Assembly (NCBI RefSeq): GCF_018350175.1
Contig: NC_058368.1
Coordinates: forward strand, 27,468,001-27,532,000
Length of the DNA stretch: 64,000 bases
Direction: 5' to 3'
DNA from: Felis catus
Taxonomy: Eukaryota
Position numbers and translations under genes: made by a program. Below, piece after piece: positions 1 through 13,956 of this stretch. Numbering within the stretch: the first letter of the stretch is position 1; each line of letters opens with the position of its first letter. The notes beneath the pieces were generated by a model. That model searched no databases, was not told the DNA's origin, and worked only from the letters and a program-made list of their open reading frames with translations.

Positions 1-1329
1 AGGATAAGTACATGTTGTCTGTACCGACTTGGCTGCCTTATCCTGAAGGGAAGTTCCAAGTCAGGGAAAAGGACACAGAGCAGGCAGGGGATTCTGGTGC
101 AAGAGGACGCTGCAGAGATTGTGTGCTTCAAATCCCACTTTTTACGAACAAATAATGAAACAAGGGCACACGGCAAGTCAGTAGCAATTAGAACCAGTCT
201 TCTGTGTCCAGATCCATTTTTTCCACTCTCCCAGACCATTATTTAGGGGCCATTCCCTCATTTGTCAGCCACTGGGCACCTGCTCCGTGATAGCCACTGG
301 CCCATCAAGAAAAGTGTGAAAGGCGCCTCCATTCTCTTCCCTCCCCTGACCACAGTTACAATCTTCTGAGGAATAGCTTGACAGTTATTGGAGACTGTCA
401 TGTCACTTGATGGATTGCCGTCAGTACTTAGAAAAAAAACGTGAGTAAAGGATATTGAAGTAGCTGATTAGCATCTTGACTATGGTCTCCAGGGCCCCTC
501 GATTCACAGGGTGTGATGTTCAATAGCAGGGCTTAGGAGCAAACAGCAAAACAAGGCCCCGGAACAAGGAAAACAGGGAAGGAATGCGAGCCTTATGGTG
601 CGGTGCTGGCAGATGGGAGGTGACGCGGTGAATCTTTGCCCTGCTGATCTTGACGACTGTCCCACTCACCTTCTACTAGTGGCTATAGAGCCCACCAGCC
701 CTCGGAGTGCCACAGGGGAGTCACACGGTGAAGGTCTCGCTACTCAGTGTGTGGGGAGGGATGTCACTCATTATGGTATTCAGTGAAGTAGTCAGCTCTT
801 ACTGGCTGTGCTGTACCATTTTGTCATCTATATGTCACTGGCTCCTTTGTATTTCTTTTTAGATTATCAGGATAGTGGTATAGTAAGACAACCTCAAACA
901 TTTAGAAAATAGAAAATATGCACAGTTTGAATGCCCCCACAGTCACCACTTTTGCCTACGCGTTTTCATATAATGGCAGTCAAGGTCTTATACAGAATTC
1001 TTGCACGGATTCGGTACCCCAGGTATGCATTATACACCTGTTCTGTATCCATTCAGTCCTGAGAATAATAAAAGTGAAGACCGATGATAGAAATGATGCC
1101 ACAGTATATATTTCTTGACGTTTACAGTTCAAAAGCACTGTCTCACATAGGACATTTGGCTTTCACAGCAACTTTGGGTCCTTATCCATGTTTTACATAA
1201 GAGAAAGCTAAGTTGAGCCTAAAGTTAACATACATAATGGTGACAGATTGAGAACACAGGTTCCATCAGCCACGCTGCCTCACTTGCTTGGAAATGGTGA
1301 CTGCCCTAAAGGCGTTGATGATTTTGCTG

Positions 1330-2960
1330 AAAAAACAAAGTCAGATGAGTCAGTTCTATCAAAACGTATAAATGATCAACTGCCACATAAGTGACATAGA
1401 AAATGTGCAGCGATAAGGAAAACTTGCAAACAGCCTGGAAGAAAGGCCTCTGAGAGATAAGGGACGTGTACTATGTGTAAAATGTAAGCAGGAAGTGATG
1501 AAGAAAAGGGAGGAGGCTTTCTAAGGCTTTCGAAGAACATATGTGGACATAATATATACAGAAGACGGGCTATTTTTGGTAGGATTGAACCAGAAATGCC
1601 AGATCTGATCTGACATCTTCCCATAGGGCATCAGAAAGCATCCAAGTTTTAAACTGGAGAGTGACAAAGTGAAAGTGGCATTTTAGATAACTGGTCTGGT
1701 AACCTCATGTAAGATAGATTGGAAAAGGAAGAGACCAGAGAAGGAGACAAAGTAGGAGGTTCTCGCGGTAGTCAAAGAACTGATAGCAGAGTGCCAATAG
1801 TAGAGATGGGAAGGGGCCAGGAGAGACATTGCACAGAGAGCTGATAGAATTCGGATCTAGAGAGATCTTAGAAGCACTTAGGGGACAGGAGAGAAAAAAA
1901 TCAAAATAAGATGAATATTCCAAGCCCCTGCAGGTGGAAGAATGATGGTCCTACTAATAGATATGGAAAAGTTAGAAGAGGCTGCAGCCTGACAGGTGAG
2001 ATGAATTGGATTTTAGAGAATTTTGGAAGACCCACATCAGGCAGGACCGGAGCTCAGACTTTTTTTTTTTTTAAATGAGGACATTTGCTTAAATGAAGCT
2101 TTACACAGAAGTCCTGGGTTCGAAAACAGAAGAAAGCAGTAAATGAGTGGGAATTCTAGAGGTCTGCCCTTGGAACCTTCCACATCACCTCTGTAGAGCC
2201 GATAGGACTCCCTCGAGCATTATTCAGAGATGACTACTCCGCCCAGCACCCTCATTTGTAGACAATTGATCTGAGGCTTGTAGAGGTTAAGTAACTTGCC
2301 CAAGGTCAACCAGTTGTTAGTGGAAGAGTCAAGGCTAAAACTCTAGTCTGTGGTGCGTTTTGTGCCACCTCATGGCCACCCTCACGCTGGATTCAAGCTG
2401 GGTAGTGGCAGATTCAAGCCGACAAGCCCAGTGGTCAGCCAGTGAAAAGAATGGAAGTTAAAGAGTTCAGTGTGATGACAGTTGAACCCAGGAGAATGAA
2501 AGCCCTCTGGTAAAAGGGAGTAGAGAAGAGAAAGTGGCGACTGAACTCTGGCAATTCCCAAAGTTAGAGTATAAGAGGAACAAAGTAACGCCCTTCTCCA
2601 TGTGTAATGGGCCAGCAGAGGGAATTTAAAAACCAGTGAAAACTAAACAAACTTTAGGAGGAAAAGGACCAGGACCTTTTCTGTAACAGGAGCAAGTGTG
2701 ACAGATGTCGGCGATGTCAGACATCACATGGTAAGAGACCGAGAAAAACAGTCACTGAGAATCTTTCAAAGGACAGCTTCATGGGCTGATGGATGAGAAA
2801 GTGGAGATTTCAGGTGGGAAGGCAGTAGACACAGTGGGTGTATACCACATATTCAAGCAGCTTTGTAATAGCAAAGAAATAGCAGCAAAGTTAAGGATTA
2901 AGGTCACGAGAATAATGAAATGAAAGGAATAACAAAAGGAGTCTATGAAGCTGGAGAAGC
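1330..2960 (-). mobile_element. L2 LINE remnants (fragmented, with MIR-like and other pieces inserted at ~2050-2380)
   Basis: Purine-rich degenerate motifs typical of antisense L2, e.g. gaagaatgatggtcctactaatagatatggaaaagttagaagagg at ~1938-1981. Confidence 0.55.
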
Positions 2961-3229
2961 CATGTTCTTGGTTCTTAGGGGTTTGGTGGATGGAGGGGAA
3001 CAAAAACAAAACAACAGGGACACTTCTAGATCAGCAAATTATTGAGAAAGAGCTTTTCTACACGGATCAATTCCTTTGGTCATTCCTCAAAGTGATTGAC
3101 AAGGATTCTTAGAGGAGAAATTTCTGCCTTCAAGCAGCTGACTCTTAAAAAGTCTTTGAAAAAGTCCATGATATCTAGTTTCCAGTTATTGAAAACCTCT
3201 TCTTCCAGCTCTGTAATGATTCCTTCTAA

Positions 3230-3620
3230 GTGTCACAGAAATTAGAGTTAAAAGGTGGGCTGAGAAAAGATTTGTTAGATAATCGTGTCCCTTCTCTTGC
3301 CAAGTGCAGAATTGTTACCCATTGGGCATTTTGTAGACTGGAGGGCTTTTTACTGTGTCAAGTGAATGGTGTTTCCACCACTTGCCTTGGAATACTATTT
3401 CATAATCCTATTGATCTCACTGCGAAGAGACTTGGGATCCCCATCCTCATGTTCTTTCCTACTGTATACTTGATATACCATTAACAGTTTGTCCTTAGTA
3501 ACCTTCTCGTAATCCTGTCTCCTCTTATCCACATCTAGTTTGCAGTCTTCAGGCATCTGAAACCCCGTCTCCCTAACATCTAGGAGACACATAATTCTTC
3601 AGGGCTTGTCACATCATCAG
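3230..3620 (-). mobile_element. Ancient CR1/L3-type LINE 3' fragment
   Basis: The reverse strand reads gcagtgagatcaataggattatgaaatagtattccaaggcaagtggtggaaacaccattcacttga ... gggtaacaattctgcacttggcaag ... ctctaatttctgtga, resembling the CR1 ORF2 end and 3' tail. Confidence 0.6.
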
Positions 3621-4099
3621 GGTAGAGGATTTCGATGTGATAAAAGATAAAGCGTCTTCATCATTTTACGTTTCTAATGACGAAACTTTTCTATTCTGAG
3701 AAGGTCCCTTCCATTTTCTAGAGATGTGGGCTGAGAGGGAATAATAAAAGCAGTGATATTTTTAAGAAAGGGGCAAAGCCTTTCTAACTTGTGATCTAAT
3801 GTCCCAGTAAAAAAAAAAAAAAAGTGTCCCTGATTACTTAATAGCTACGTTGGAACATCCTCAGTGGAGAACATGAAATTCATAGGTGGAGTCATAGACT
3901 TCAGCCACGTTTCTTCCAGAGTTAGAGATGAAGCATACACTGGTTATGGCCTCTGATACCCTTGAAATCATATTCTTGAAATGTACTCTTTTTTTGACTA
4001 TTTTTTATTTACTATCTATTTACTAATAGTGTTTCCTATTATGGCCGATTTGTGCCTAATGTGATGGGTTGTTCTCAGAAAAGGTTTTGGCAAGCCCTC

Positions 4100-4390
4100 T
4101 TTTGAGGACTTTGGGCCACCAAGCAGCCATCCCAGGCTTCACCAGATTTATCCTCATGGATCCAACAACCTGATCATTGCCCCACAGAGGTGCCCAGATG
4201 GAAGCTCATGCAGTGGGCTATGTGACAGGAGAGGAACCCTGAGCTTGGGGAATCCACCTCTTCCATATCAAGTAGTAAGCCAGACTTTTCTTTGTCCCCG
4301 AAGGAGGGGACATGAAGGTTGCTGGCTGCAAACACAAATGGCCTACAGAAAGAGCTGTCCGGGCCTTGCTTCTAAGCTCAAAAGCCTCTA
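4100..4390. mobile_element. Probable old ERVL-class solo LTR fragment (MER73/MER74-like)
   Basis: The motif caggagaggaaccctgagcttggggaat resembles these LTR families from memory; the family call is uncertain. Confidence 0.35.
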
Positions 4391-4429
4391 CATCCTATTT
4401 TTCTCCAAAATATCTTGACAAGATGTCAT

Positions 4430-5015
4430 GGAATACTGAAGTTCAACATTTCCAACCTTGGAGGCATCATCTCCTATACTTGCTGTTTTCCGGTTCACCA
4501 AGGTACTTGCTCGTCCTTACATTTACTCATCCACCAGGCCATCAGATTTTTTTAGTTCTACCTCTTAAGTAGCTCTTACACTTTGCACTCTACACACCAC
4601 TGACGTGGTTTTGAACCCTTATCATGAAAAGTAAACAATAAACAGGCTATTTGCAGTAGACCCCAACTTGGCATCCCTGCCTCCAATTTCCTTTCCCTCC
4701 GAACGATTTTCCTAACATGCGGAATCACTCACGTAACTCCTCTGCTGAACAACCTTCAGTACTTAAGCTTTCCAAGTAAAATCCAGACTCCTTATCATCT
4801 ACTTTTCCAGCTTCATCTACCGACATTTCCCATAAGCTTTCTTACAGACCTTTTATAAAAGACTTGCTTGCCGACCCCGGGGCGGGGGGGGGGGGTGGGT
4901 GGCACACACTTCTTGACACTTTAGACTCAGTATCCTGAACACATTAGCATTACTTGGCATACAGTAGGCATATAATACACGTATGCAGCATAAATATTCA
5001 TTGGATGGCTGAACA
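4430..5015 (+). mobile_element. L2 LINE 3' remnant
   Basis: Pyrimidine-rich L2-like body ending ggcatacagtaggca...taaatattcattggatggctgaa, the typical L2 3' terminus. Confidence 0.55.
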
Positions 5016-5219
5016 GAAAACCGGGCTTAGCTGAAAATGCGACAGAGGTGTGACTTGGGAAATTATTTAGTCCCACATTCTCTCTGTATTCTTTGCCTCA
5101 ACCAGTCATGATGAAGGAGCTCTTGTGACAAACATTGGATGATCATTTAGATTTGTAGGCACTAAGGGGAAACATGGAAAGAGGGGATAGAGGTTGCAAA
5201 TATGCTGCTTTGTTTTTTG

Positions 5220-8200
5220 TTTTAATTAATTTATTTATATTTCATTTTATTTTCTTTTAATTCCAGAGTAGTCAGATTCAGTGTTGCATTGGTTTCAGGA
5301 GTGCAATATGGTATTTCAGCAGTTCCATACATCACCCAGTGCTCATCATGACAGGCGTACTCCTTAATCCCCATCACCTATTTCCCATCCCTCCACCCAC
5401 CTCCCCTCTGGTAACCATCAGTCTCTTTCTTGTTTTGCCTCTCTCTCTCTCTCTTTCCTTTGATCATTTGTTTTGCTTCTTGAATTCCACATATGAAAGA
5501 ATCATACGAGGTTTGTCTTTCTTTGACTCATTTTGCTTAGATCCTCTATATCGTCATCCATGTCGTTGCAAATGGCAAGATTTCATTCTTTTTATGGCTG
5601 AATAATATTCCACTGTATATATAGACCACCTCTTCTTTATCCATTCGTGAACTGATGGATAGCTTCCCTATCTCGGCTATTGTAAATAACGCTGCAATAG
5701 CTATAGGGCTGCACATATCTCTTGGAATTAGTGTTTTCTTTTATTTTTTTTGGGTAAATACCCAGTAGTGCAATTGCTAGATCATAGGGTAGTTCCTTTT
5801 TAACTTTTGAGAAACCTCCATATTATTTTCCACAGTGCCTTTACCAGTTTGCATTCCCAGCAGCAGTGCAAGAGGGATCCTTTTTCTCCACATCCTCGCG
5901 AACACTTGTTTTTTGTGTTGTTAATGTTAGCCATTGTGACGGTTGTGAGGTGATAGGTCATTGTAGTTCTGATTTTCATTTCCCTCATGATTAACGATAT
6001 TGAACAACTTTTCTTGTGTCTGTTGGCCATCTAGATGTCTTCTCTAGAGAAATGTCTGTTCATTTCTTCTGCCCATTTTTTAATTGGGTTATTCGTTTTT
6101 TGGGTGTTGAGTTGTGTAAGTTCTTTATATAGTTTGTATAATAACCCCTTACCAGATATGTCATTTAAAAATATCTTCTCCCATTCAGTAGGTTGTGTTT
6201 TAGTTTTGTTGTTTCCTTTTCTGTGCAGAAGCTTTTTATTTTGATGTAGTCCTGTTTATTTGTCCTTTTGTTTCCCTTGCCTCAGGAGACATCTAGAAAA
6301 ATGTTGCTATGGCTGATGTCGGGGACATTACTACCTATGCTGTCATCCAGGATTCTTATGGTATCAGGTCTCCCATGTCTTTCATCCATTTTGAGTTTAT
6401 TTTTGCGTATGGTGTAAGAAAGTGGTCCAGGTTCCTTCTTTTGCATATAGCTGACCAGTTTTCCCAGCACTTTTTCTTGAATAGACTTTTTCCTGTTGTA
6501 TATTTTTGCCTCCTTGATTAAATATTCACTGACTATATAATTGTGGGTTTATTTCTGGGCTATTCTATTCTATTCTATGGATGAATGTGTCTGTTTTTGT
6601 GCCAGAACCATACTTCTTTGATTACTACAGCTTTGCAGTATATCTTGAAATCTGGGACTGTGATACCTCCAGTTTTGTTCGTCTTTTTCAAGGCTGCTAT
6701 CACTATTCAGGGTCTTTTGTGGTTCCATAGAAATTTTTTGGATTCTTTACTCTAGTTCTGTGACAAACGCTATTGCTATTTTAATAGAGATTGGATTAAA
6801 TCTGTAGATTGCTTTGTATAGTAGGAACATTTTAACCGTATTTGTTCTTCCAACCCATGAGCATGGAATGCCTTTCCATTATTTTTTTCAGCATCTTCAA
6901 TTACTTTCGTCAATGTTTTATACTTTTCAGAGTACATACAGGTGTTTCATCTCCTTGGCAAAGTTTACTTGTAGGTATTTTATTCTTTTTTCACACAACT
7001 GTAAATGAGACTGTTTGCTTAATTTCTCTTTCTGCTGCTTCATTATTAGTGTATAGAAATGCAACGTATTTCTGTATATTGATTTTGTATCCTGCAATCT
7101 TGCTTATTTCATATATCGCTTCTGGTAGGTTTTTTTTTTTTTTTTTTTTAAGTCTTAGGATTTTCTTTATAAAGAATATCATGTAATCTGCAAATAGTGA
7201 AGGTTTTACTTCTTCCTCACCCATTTGGAGGCCTTTTCTTTCTTTCTCTTATGTGTTACTATAGCTAGGATTTACAGTACTATGTTCAATAAAAGTAGTG
7301 AGAGTGCAGTGGACATTCTTTTCTTGTTCCCGACCTTAGGAGAAAAGCTCTCAGTTTTTCACCATTGAGTATGATGTTAGCTGTGGGTTCTTCATATATG
7401 TCCTTTACTACATTGAGGTATGTTCCCTCTAAACCTGCTATTTTGAGGTTCCCTCCAAACCGGCTTTTATCATGAATGGATGTTGTACTTTGTTAAGTGC
7501 TTTATCTGCATCTATTGAAAATGATAATATGGTTTTTATCCTTTCTCTTGGTTTTATATATCACATTGACTGATTTGTGAATATTGACCTACCCTTGCAT
7601 GCCAGGAATAAATCCAATTGATCATGGTGAATGATTTTTTTTCATGGTAAATGATTTTTTTAATGTATCATTGGATTCACTTTTCTAATACTTTGTTGAG
7701 GATTTTTGCATCTATGTTCATCATAGATACTGGCCCATAGTTTTCTTTTTTGTACAGTCTTTATTTGGCTTTGGAATCAGGGTAATTCTTCAATCCTGGA
7801 ATGAATTTGGAACCTTTCCTTCCTCATCTGGTTTTTGAAACAGTTTGATAAGAATAGGTATTAACTCTTTTTCAAATATTTGGTAGAACTCACCTGTGAA
7901 GCTGTCTAGTCCTGGACATTTGTCTCTGTGCCCCCTGGATCTGGATTTTTGTTTCCTTCCCCAGATTTGGGAAATTTTCAACTATTATTTCTTCAAATAA
8001 ATTTTATGTTCCTTTTTATTTTTTTCTCCTTCTGGGATCCTTATATTGCAAATGTTATTATGCTTGATGGTGTCGCTGGGTTCCCCAAGTCCATTTTCAT
8101 TTTTTATTTATTTTTTCCTCTCTTCTGTTCAGCTTGTTTTCCATTACTCTGTCCTCCAGGTCACTGATCCGTTCTTCTACTTCCCCTAATCTATTTATTC

Positions 8201-9948
8201 TATCTAGTGTATTTTTAATTTCAGTTATTGAGTTCTTCATCTCTGACTGGCTCTTTTTTATGCTTTCGATCTCTTTTTTAAGGGTCTCACTGAGGTCCTC
8301 CACTCTTTTCTCCAGTCCAGTGAATGCATTTGTGATCATTCCTTTAAATTCTCTATGAAGCATGTTACTGATCTCTGTTTTGTTTAGCCCCCTTGCTGTG
8401 ACTTGTTTTGTTCTTTCATGTGGGACATATTCCTCTGCCCCCCTATTTTGTCTGACTGTGTCTGTTTCTGTGTGTTAGGAATGTCAGCTACGTCAGAAGA
8501 CATCCTATAGTGCCACGAAGCGCGGTGTCCCTTCTCCACCAGAACCTGGAGCTTCGGGGGCGTCTCCTATGAATGTTGTGTGCACTCTGCTGTTGTGTCT
8601 CAGCTGCAGTGTGCCTCCGGTCCAGTCGTCTGCAATGGCTGTCTTTGCCTGTTGAGGGCAGGGTTTTGGTCCCTATGTTGTTAGTGGGCCATTCTGGGCT
8701 GCCCTGGACTTGAGTTGAGTCAGACCAGGCATTTGCTAGAGATCCAGTAGCACCAAACTTGCAGGGTGCTTTCCGTGTGAAAGCTTCCTGAGAAGCTTTC
8801 ATTGGTGGGTGAGGCCTGCGGCCATCCAGATGTCTGCCCCCAGCCCACTTCTGGGGCTGTGTAGTTGGACTGCTGTGTGTGGTTCTCTTCCACGCTCCCT
8901 GGGGCAAGAGTCACGCTGGAGCGGTGCTGGCCCCTGTTGCACGTGCTTGTGTACTGCCAGGCTTGTGGCACGGCTTTGGATGGGCTCTGGCCAAGGGCGT
9001 ATTGTAGGGGTATGTCTGCAGGATAATTTGGGGGCAGGGCACACGGTGTTAGCAAATGCACCCATCTGCTGTGGACCTGCTTTTATAACACCCCTGCTGC
9101 AGGGCTGGTGGGGATGAGTCCACAGGACAGCGAGGGGTCAGGGCAGGGGGTGTAGGCAAGGTCCTGTTGGTCTGCTGCGGGATGTGACCTCCACCTGCCT
9201 GGATGGAGGCGGATCAACAGAAAACAGCAGGGGTGGGGCATGCACTATTAGCTAGGTTTGCCGGGTCTGCTGTGGGAGCAGAGGCCGGCTCAAGGGGGCG
9301 TGTCCACAGGAAAACAAGGGATGGGGTGCACTGTTAGCAAGTTAGGTGGCGAGTTTGGCACACTGCTGGTTCCCACAACCATTGCTGCTGAGTGTCTATG
9401 TCTCTGGCAGGTCAATGGTACCCTCCAGCCCCATTGTTCCTGGAGAAGCCTCCCAGCAGTCCCTGCCCCTCCAGCACATGCTCTCAGATTAATAGACAAA
9501 TCTCCCTCTCGTATACCCCAGGCTTTTTTCAAAGTGCTGCTTCTGTGTCATATCTCTGCAGGGCTGTTTTTGTGCTCTTTTAGGGCGTGGACTCAGTTTC
9601 CTCTTGCCTTGTTGGCTCACAGAGAGAGGAGCCCATTGATTTTTAAAGTTCCAGGAGTTAAGTCCTGTTAATCGTAAGAACTCATGAAATCATGCCCCTG
9701 TGGTTTTCAAAGCCAATGGATGGGGATTCGTCTTTCCTGTGCGGGTTCCCTGTGCCTGAGGCGCCTCGGGTGAGAGTCATTTGTCTCCCCACTCCATACC
9801 CACAGTGGCCCTCCCTCCCTCCTGCTTATAGCCTCGTGGGTCCATTTAGCTCCCAAACATGTCTCTCTACTTTCTAGCCTCTTTGGTGGGGCTTCCTCTC
9901 TGTTGGCATCAGTGGGACAAGGTGAGCTTACTCCACCATCTTCCCTGA
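5220..9948 (-). mobile_element. L1 LINE A (carnivore/L1MA-type) with 5' UTR, 5' ORF1, 3' ORF2 and 3' UTR; internally deleted at ~7921; inactive
   Basis: T-rich tail at ~5220-5260. ORF2 C-terminal fragments (e.g. 5800-6030, 6991-7224) and ORF1 coiled coil 8097-8363 (EKRVEDLSETLKKEIE...). GC-rich 5' UTR at 8500-9945 starting gaagatggtggag (YY1-like). Many stops and frameshifts. Confidence 0.9.
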
Positions 9949-12900
9949 AGGTGTTTCTATTTTTAATTTTTTGAGGAATCTCCATGCTGTTTTCCACAGT
10001 GACGATGCCAATTTACATTTCTACCGGTGGTGCACAAGTGTTCCTCTTTCTTCACATCCTCACCAACACTTGTCGTTTCTTGTGTTCTTGATTTTAGTCA
10101 TTCTCACAAGTGTGAGGTTATAGCTCATTGTGGTTTTGATTTGCATTTCCCTGGTGATTAGTGATAGCATTTTTTCATATGACTATTGGCCATCTATTTG
10201 CCTTCTTTGGAAGAATTGGCCATCCATAGGTCTTCTTTGGAAAAACGTCTATTCAGGTCCTCTGCCCATTTTTAAATAGGATTGTTTGGAGGGTTTTTGG
10301 TGTTGAGCTGTGTAAGTTCTTCATATATTTTGGATATTAAGCCTTTTTTGGATATATCACTTGCAAGTATCTTCTCCCATTGAGTAGGTTGCCTTTTTTG
10401 TTTTGTTGTTAGTTTCCTTCACTGTACCAGAGCTTTTTATTTTGATGCAGTCCCAATAGTTTATTTTTGCTTCTGTTTCACTTGCCATGGGAGACGTATC
10501 TATAAAAAATTTTGCTAAGGCCAATGTTTGGGAATTTACTGCCCGTGTTTTCTTCTAGGATTTTTATGTTTTAGGTTTCAGGTCTCATATGTAGGTCTTT
10601 AATCCATTTGAGTTTATTTTTGTGTACAGTGTTAGGAAGCGGTCCAGTGTTTTTTTTCCCCTGCTGTATATTCATGCCTCCTTTGTCACAGATTAATTTA
10701 CCATGTAAGTGTGGGTTTCTTTTGAGGCTGTCTATTCTGTGCCCTTGATTTATATATTTGTTTTTGTGCCGGCACCATATTGTTTCAAAAGCTGTAGTTT
10801 TGTAGTATCTCTTGAAATCTGGAATTCTAAAACCTCTAACGTTTTCTTTCTCAGGACTGCTCCGGCTATTCAAAGTCTTCTCTGGTTCCATTCACATTTT
10901 ATGAGTATTCTAGTTTTGTGAAAAATACCAAATAGTTTTGGTATTTTAATGGCGGGGGGGTGGGGGGCGGTTGCACTAAATCTGTAGATTGCCCTGAGTA
11001 GTATGGACATTTAAAAACATTCTTCTAAAACCATGTCTGTTTGTTTGTGTCATCTTTAGTTTCTCTCATCAGTGTTTTATAGAGTACAGGTCTTTCACTT
11101 TCTTGGATAAGTTTATTCCTAGGCATTTTATTCTTTTTGGCACAGTTGTAAAGGGAGTTATTTCTTAATTTCTCCTTCTGCTATTTCATTATTAGTGTAT
11201 AGAAACACTGCTGATTTCTGGGTATCACTTTTGTATCCTGCCACTTTACTGAATTCATTTATTACTTCTAGTAGTGTTTCGGTGGAGTCTTTAGGATTTG
11301 CTATATATATAGTAGTAGGTCATCTGCAAATAGTGAGTTTAACTTCTTCTTTACCAACATGGATCCCTATTTCTTCACTGACTGCGATGGCTAGGACTTC
11401 CAGTATTATGTTGAATAAAAGTGGTCCAGTTCCAGATCTTAGAGGACAAGCTCTGTTTTTCCCCATCGAATATGATGTTAACTGTGGGTTTTTCATATAT
11501 GGCCTTTATTATCTTGAGGTATGTTCTCTCTACACCCACTGTGTTGAGAATTTTTATCAATCATGGATGTTTAATTTTGTCAACTGCTTTTCTGCTTCTA
11601 CTAAGACGATCCTATGATTTTTTTTATCCTGTTTTGTTGATGTGATATATCATGTTAATTGATTTGTGACTACTGAACCATCCTTGCATTCCCAAAATAA
11701 ACCCCACTTGATTGTCGTGAATGATTCTTTTAATGTATTCTTGAATGTGGTTTGCTAACACTTTGTTGAGGATTTTGCATCAATGTCCATCAAGGATATT
11801 GGCCTGTAGTTTTCTTTTTTTTCTGGTGTATGTCTGATTTGGATACCAGGGCAATGTTGGCCTCATAGAATATAGTTGGAAGCTTTCCTTCCTCTTTTAT
11901 TTTTGGAATAGTTTGACAAGAATATGTATTAACTCTTATTTAAATGTTTGGCGGAATTCATCTGTGAATCCTTCTGCTCCTAGATTTTTATTTTTTGGTA
12001 GTTTTTTTCATTCCTGATTCAATTTTGTTACTAGTAATCAGTCTGTTCAGATTTTCTATTTCTTCCTGATTCAGTCTTGAAAGATTATTATGTTTCTAGA
12101 AATTATCCATTTTTTCGAAGTTATCCAAGTTGTTGGCATGTAATCTTTCATAGTATTCTCTTATAAGCCTTTTGATTGCTGTGGCATCAGGTCTTCTCGC
12201 TCATCTCTGATTTCATTTATTTGGGTCCTTCTCTTTTTTTTCTTGATGAGTCTAGCTAAAGGTTTATCAATTTTGTTTATTTTCTCAAAAAAAAAAAAAA
12301 AAACAACTCTTGGTTTCATTCAGTCAGTCAGTCTCTATGTTATTTATTTCCGCCCTGATCTTTTATCATTTCCTTCCCTCTACTCACCTTGGGCTTTGTT
12401 CTCTTTTCCAGTTTCCTTAGATGTAAGGTTAGATTGTTTATTTGAGCTTTTTCTTGTTTCTTGAGGTCAGCCTGTGTCACTCATTTCCCTCCTAGAACTG
12501 CTTTCACTGTATCCCCCAAATTTTGGACTGTTGTGCTTTAATTTTCATTTGTCTCCAATGTAAATTTTTATTTCTTCCCTGATTGCTTTACTGACCCGTT
12601 GGTTGTTTAGTATCATGTTGTTTCATTTCCATGTGTTTGTTTTTTCCAGTGTTTTTCTTGTGATTTATTCCCAGTTTCATACCATTGTGGTCAGAAAAGA
12701 TGCATAGTATGATTTTGACCTTCTTAAATTTGTTGAGACTTGCTTTGTGACCTCATGCGATCTATTCTGGGGAATGTTGCATGTGCACTTGAAAAGAATG
12801 TGTATTCTGTTGTTTTTGGATAGATGTTCTGTATATATCTGTTATGTCCATCTGGCCTTACGTGTCAAAGACACTGTATCTTTATTGATTTTCTGCCTGG

Positions 12901-13956
12901 ATATCCATTGATGTGAGTGGGGTGTTAAAGTCCCCTACTATTGTATTACCATCACAGTCTCTCTTTATGTTCCTTAACATTTGTTTTATGTATTTAGGTG
13001 CTCCAGTGTCGGCTATATAGATATGTATAATTGTTTTATCGTCTTGTTGCAATGATCCTTTTATCATTAGGTAATGCCCTTCTCTGTCTCATTATAGTCT
13101 TTGTCTTAAAGTCTGTTTTGTCTTGATACAAGCATTGCTGTCTCAGCTTTGTTCTGTTTTGTTTGGGTTTTGTTTTGTTTTGATTTGCATGGTAAATGTT
13201 TTTTTTTTCCATCGCCTTCACTTTCACGCTGTAGGTCTTTAGGTCTGAGGTGAGTCTCTTGTAGGCAGTGTTTAGATGGTCTTGTGTTTCATTGTTGTTT
13301 TGTTTTTATCTTTTCTGCCACTCTCTCTGCTTTTATTGGAGCATTTAGGCCATTCTCATTTAATTGATTGGTATATATTTATTGCCACTATGTTAATTGT
13401 TTTCTAGTTGTCTTTTTCTTCTTTTGCTGTCTTTCTTCATGATTGATGAGTTTTTGTAGTCATATGTTTGGCTACTCTATTTTTTGTGTATGTATGATAG
13501 GTTTTGGGTTTATGGTTACCAGGAGGTTTATATATAATATCCTAAGTAAATAGCAGTCTGTGTTAATTTAATGGTCATTTAAGTTCAGACATTTTCTTAA
13601 AAGAAGAAAAAAACCTCTTTTCCCCCCTTCTCTTCCCTTTTTACTCCCTTCTCCATGTTTTATGTGTATTCTATTATATTTTGTATCTTTTTATTCATAT
13701 TTTATTACAGCTCATGTGGCCATTTCTTTTCCACTTAAAGAAGTCCCTTTAACATTTCTTCTATGGCTGGTTTAGTGGTGATAAACTCCTTTATCTTTTG
13801 TTTGGGAAACACTTTTCCCTTCCTTCAAATTTGAATCATAACCTTGCCAGGTAGAGTATTCTCGACTGTAGGTTTTTTCCCTTCAGCACTTTGATTATAT
13901 CATGGCACTCCATGCTGGCTTGCAAAGTTCCTGCTGAAAAAAATCAGCTGACAGTA

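Noticed and set aside
4878..4902. G-quadruplex-capable G runs (also ~10951-10970 and ~22587-22608)
   Set aside because: Short isolated homopolymer expansions, partly inside old repeats, with no functional context.
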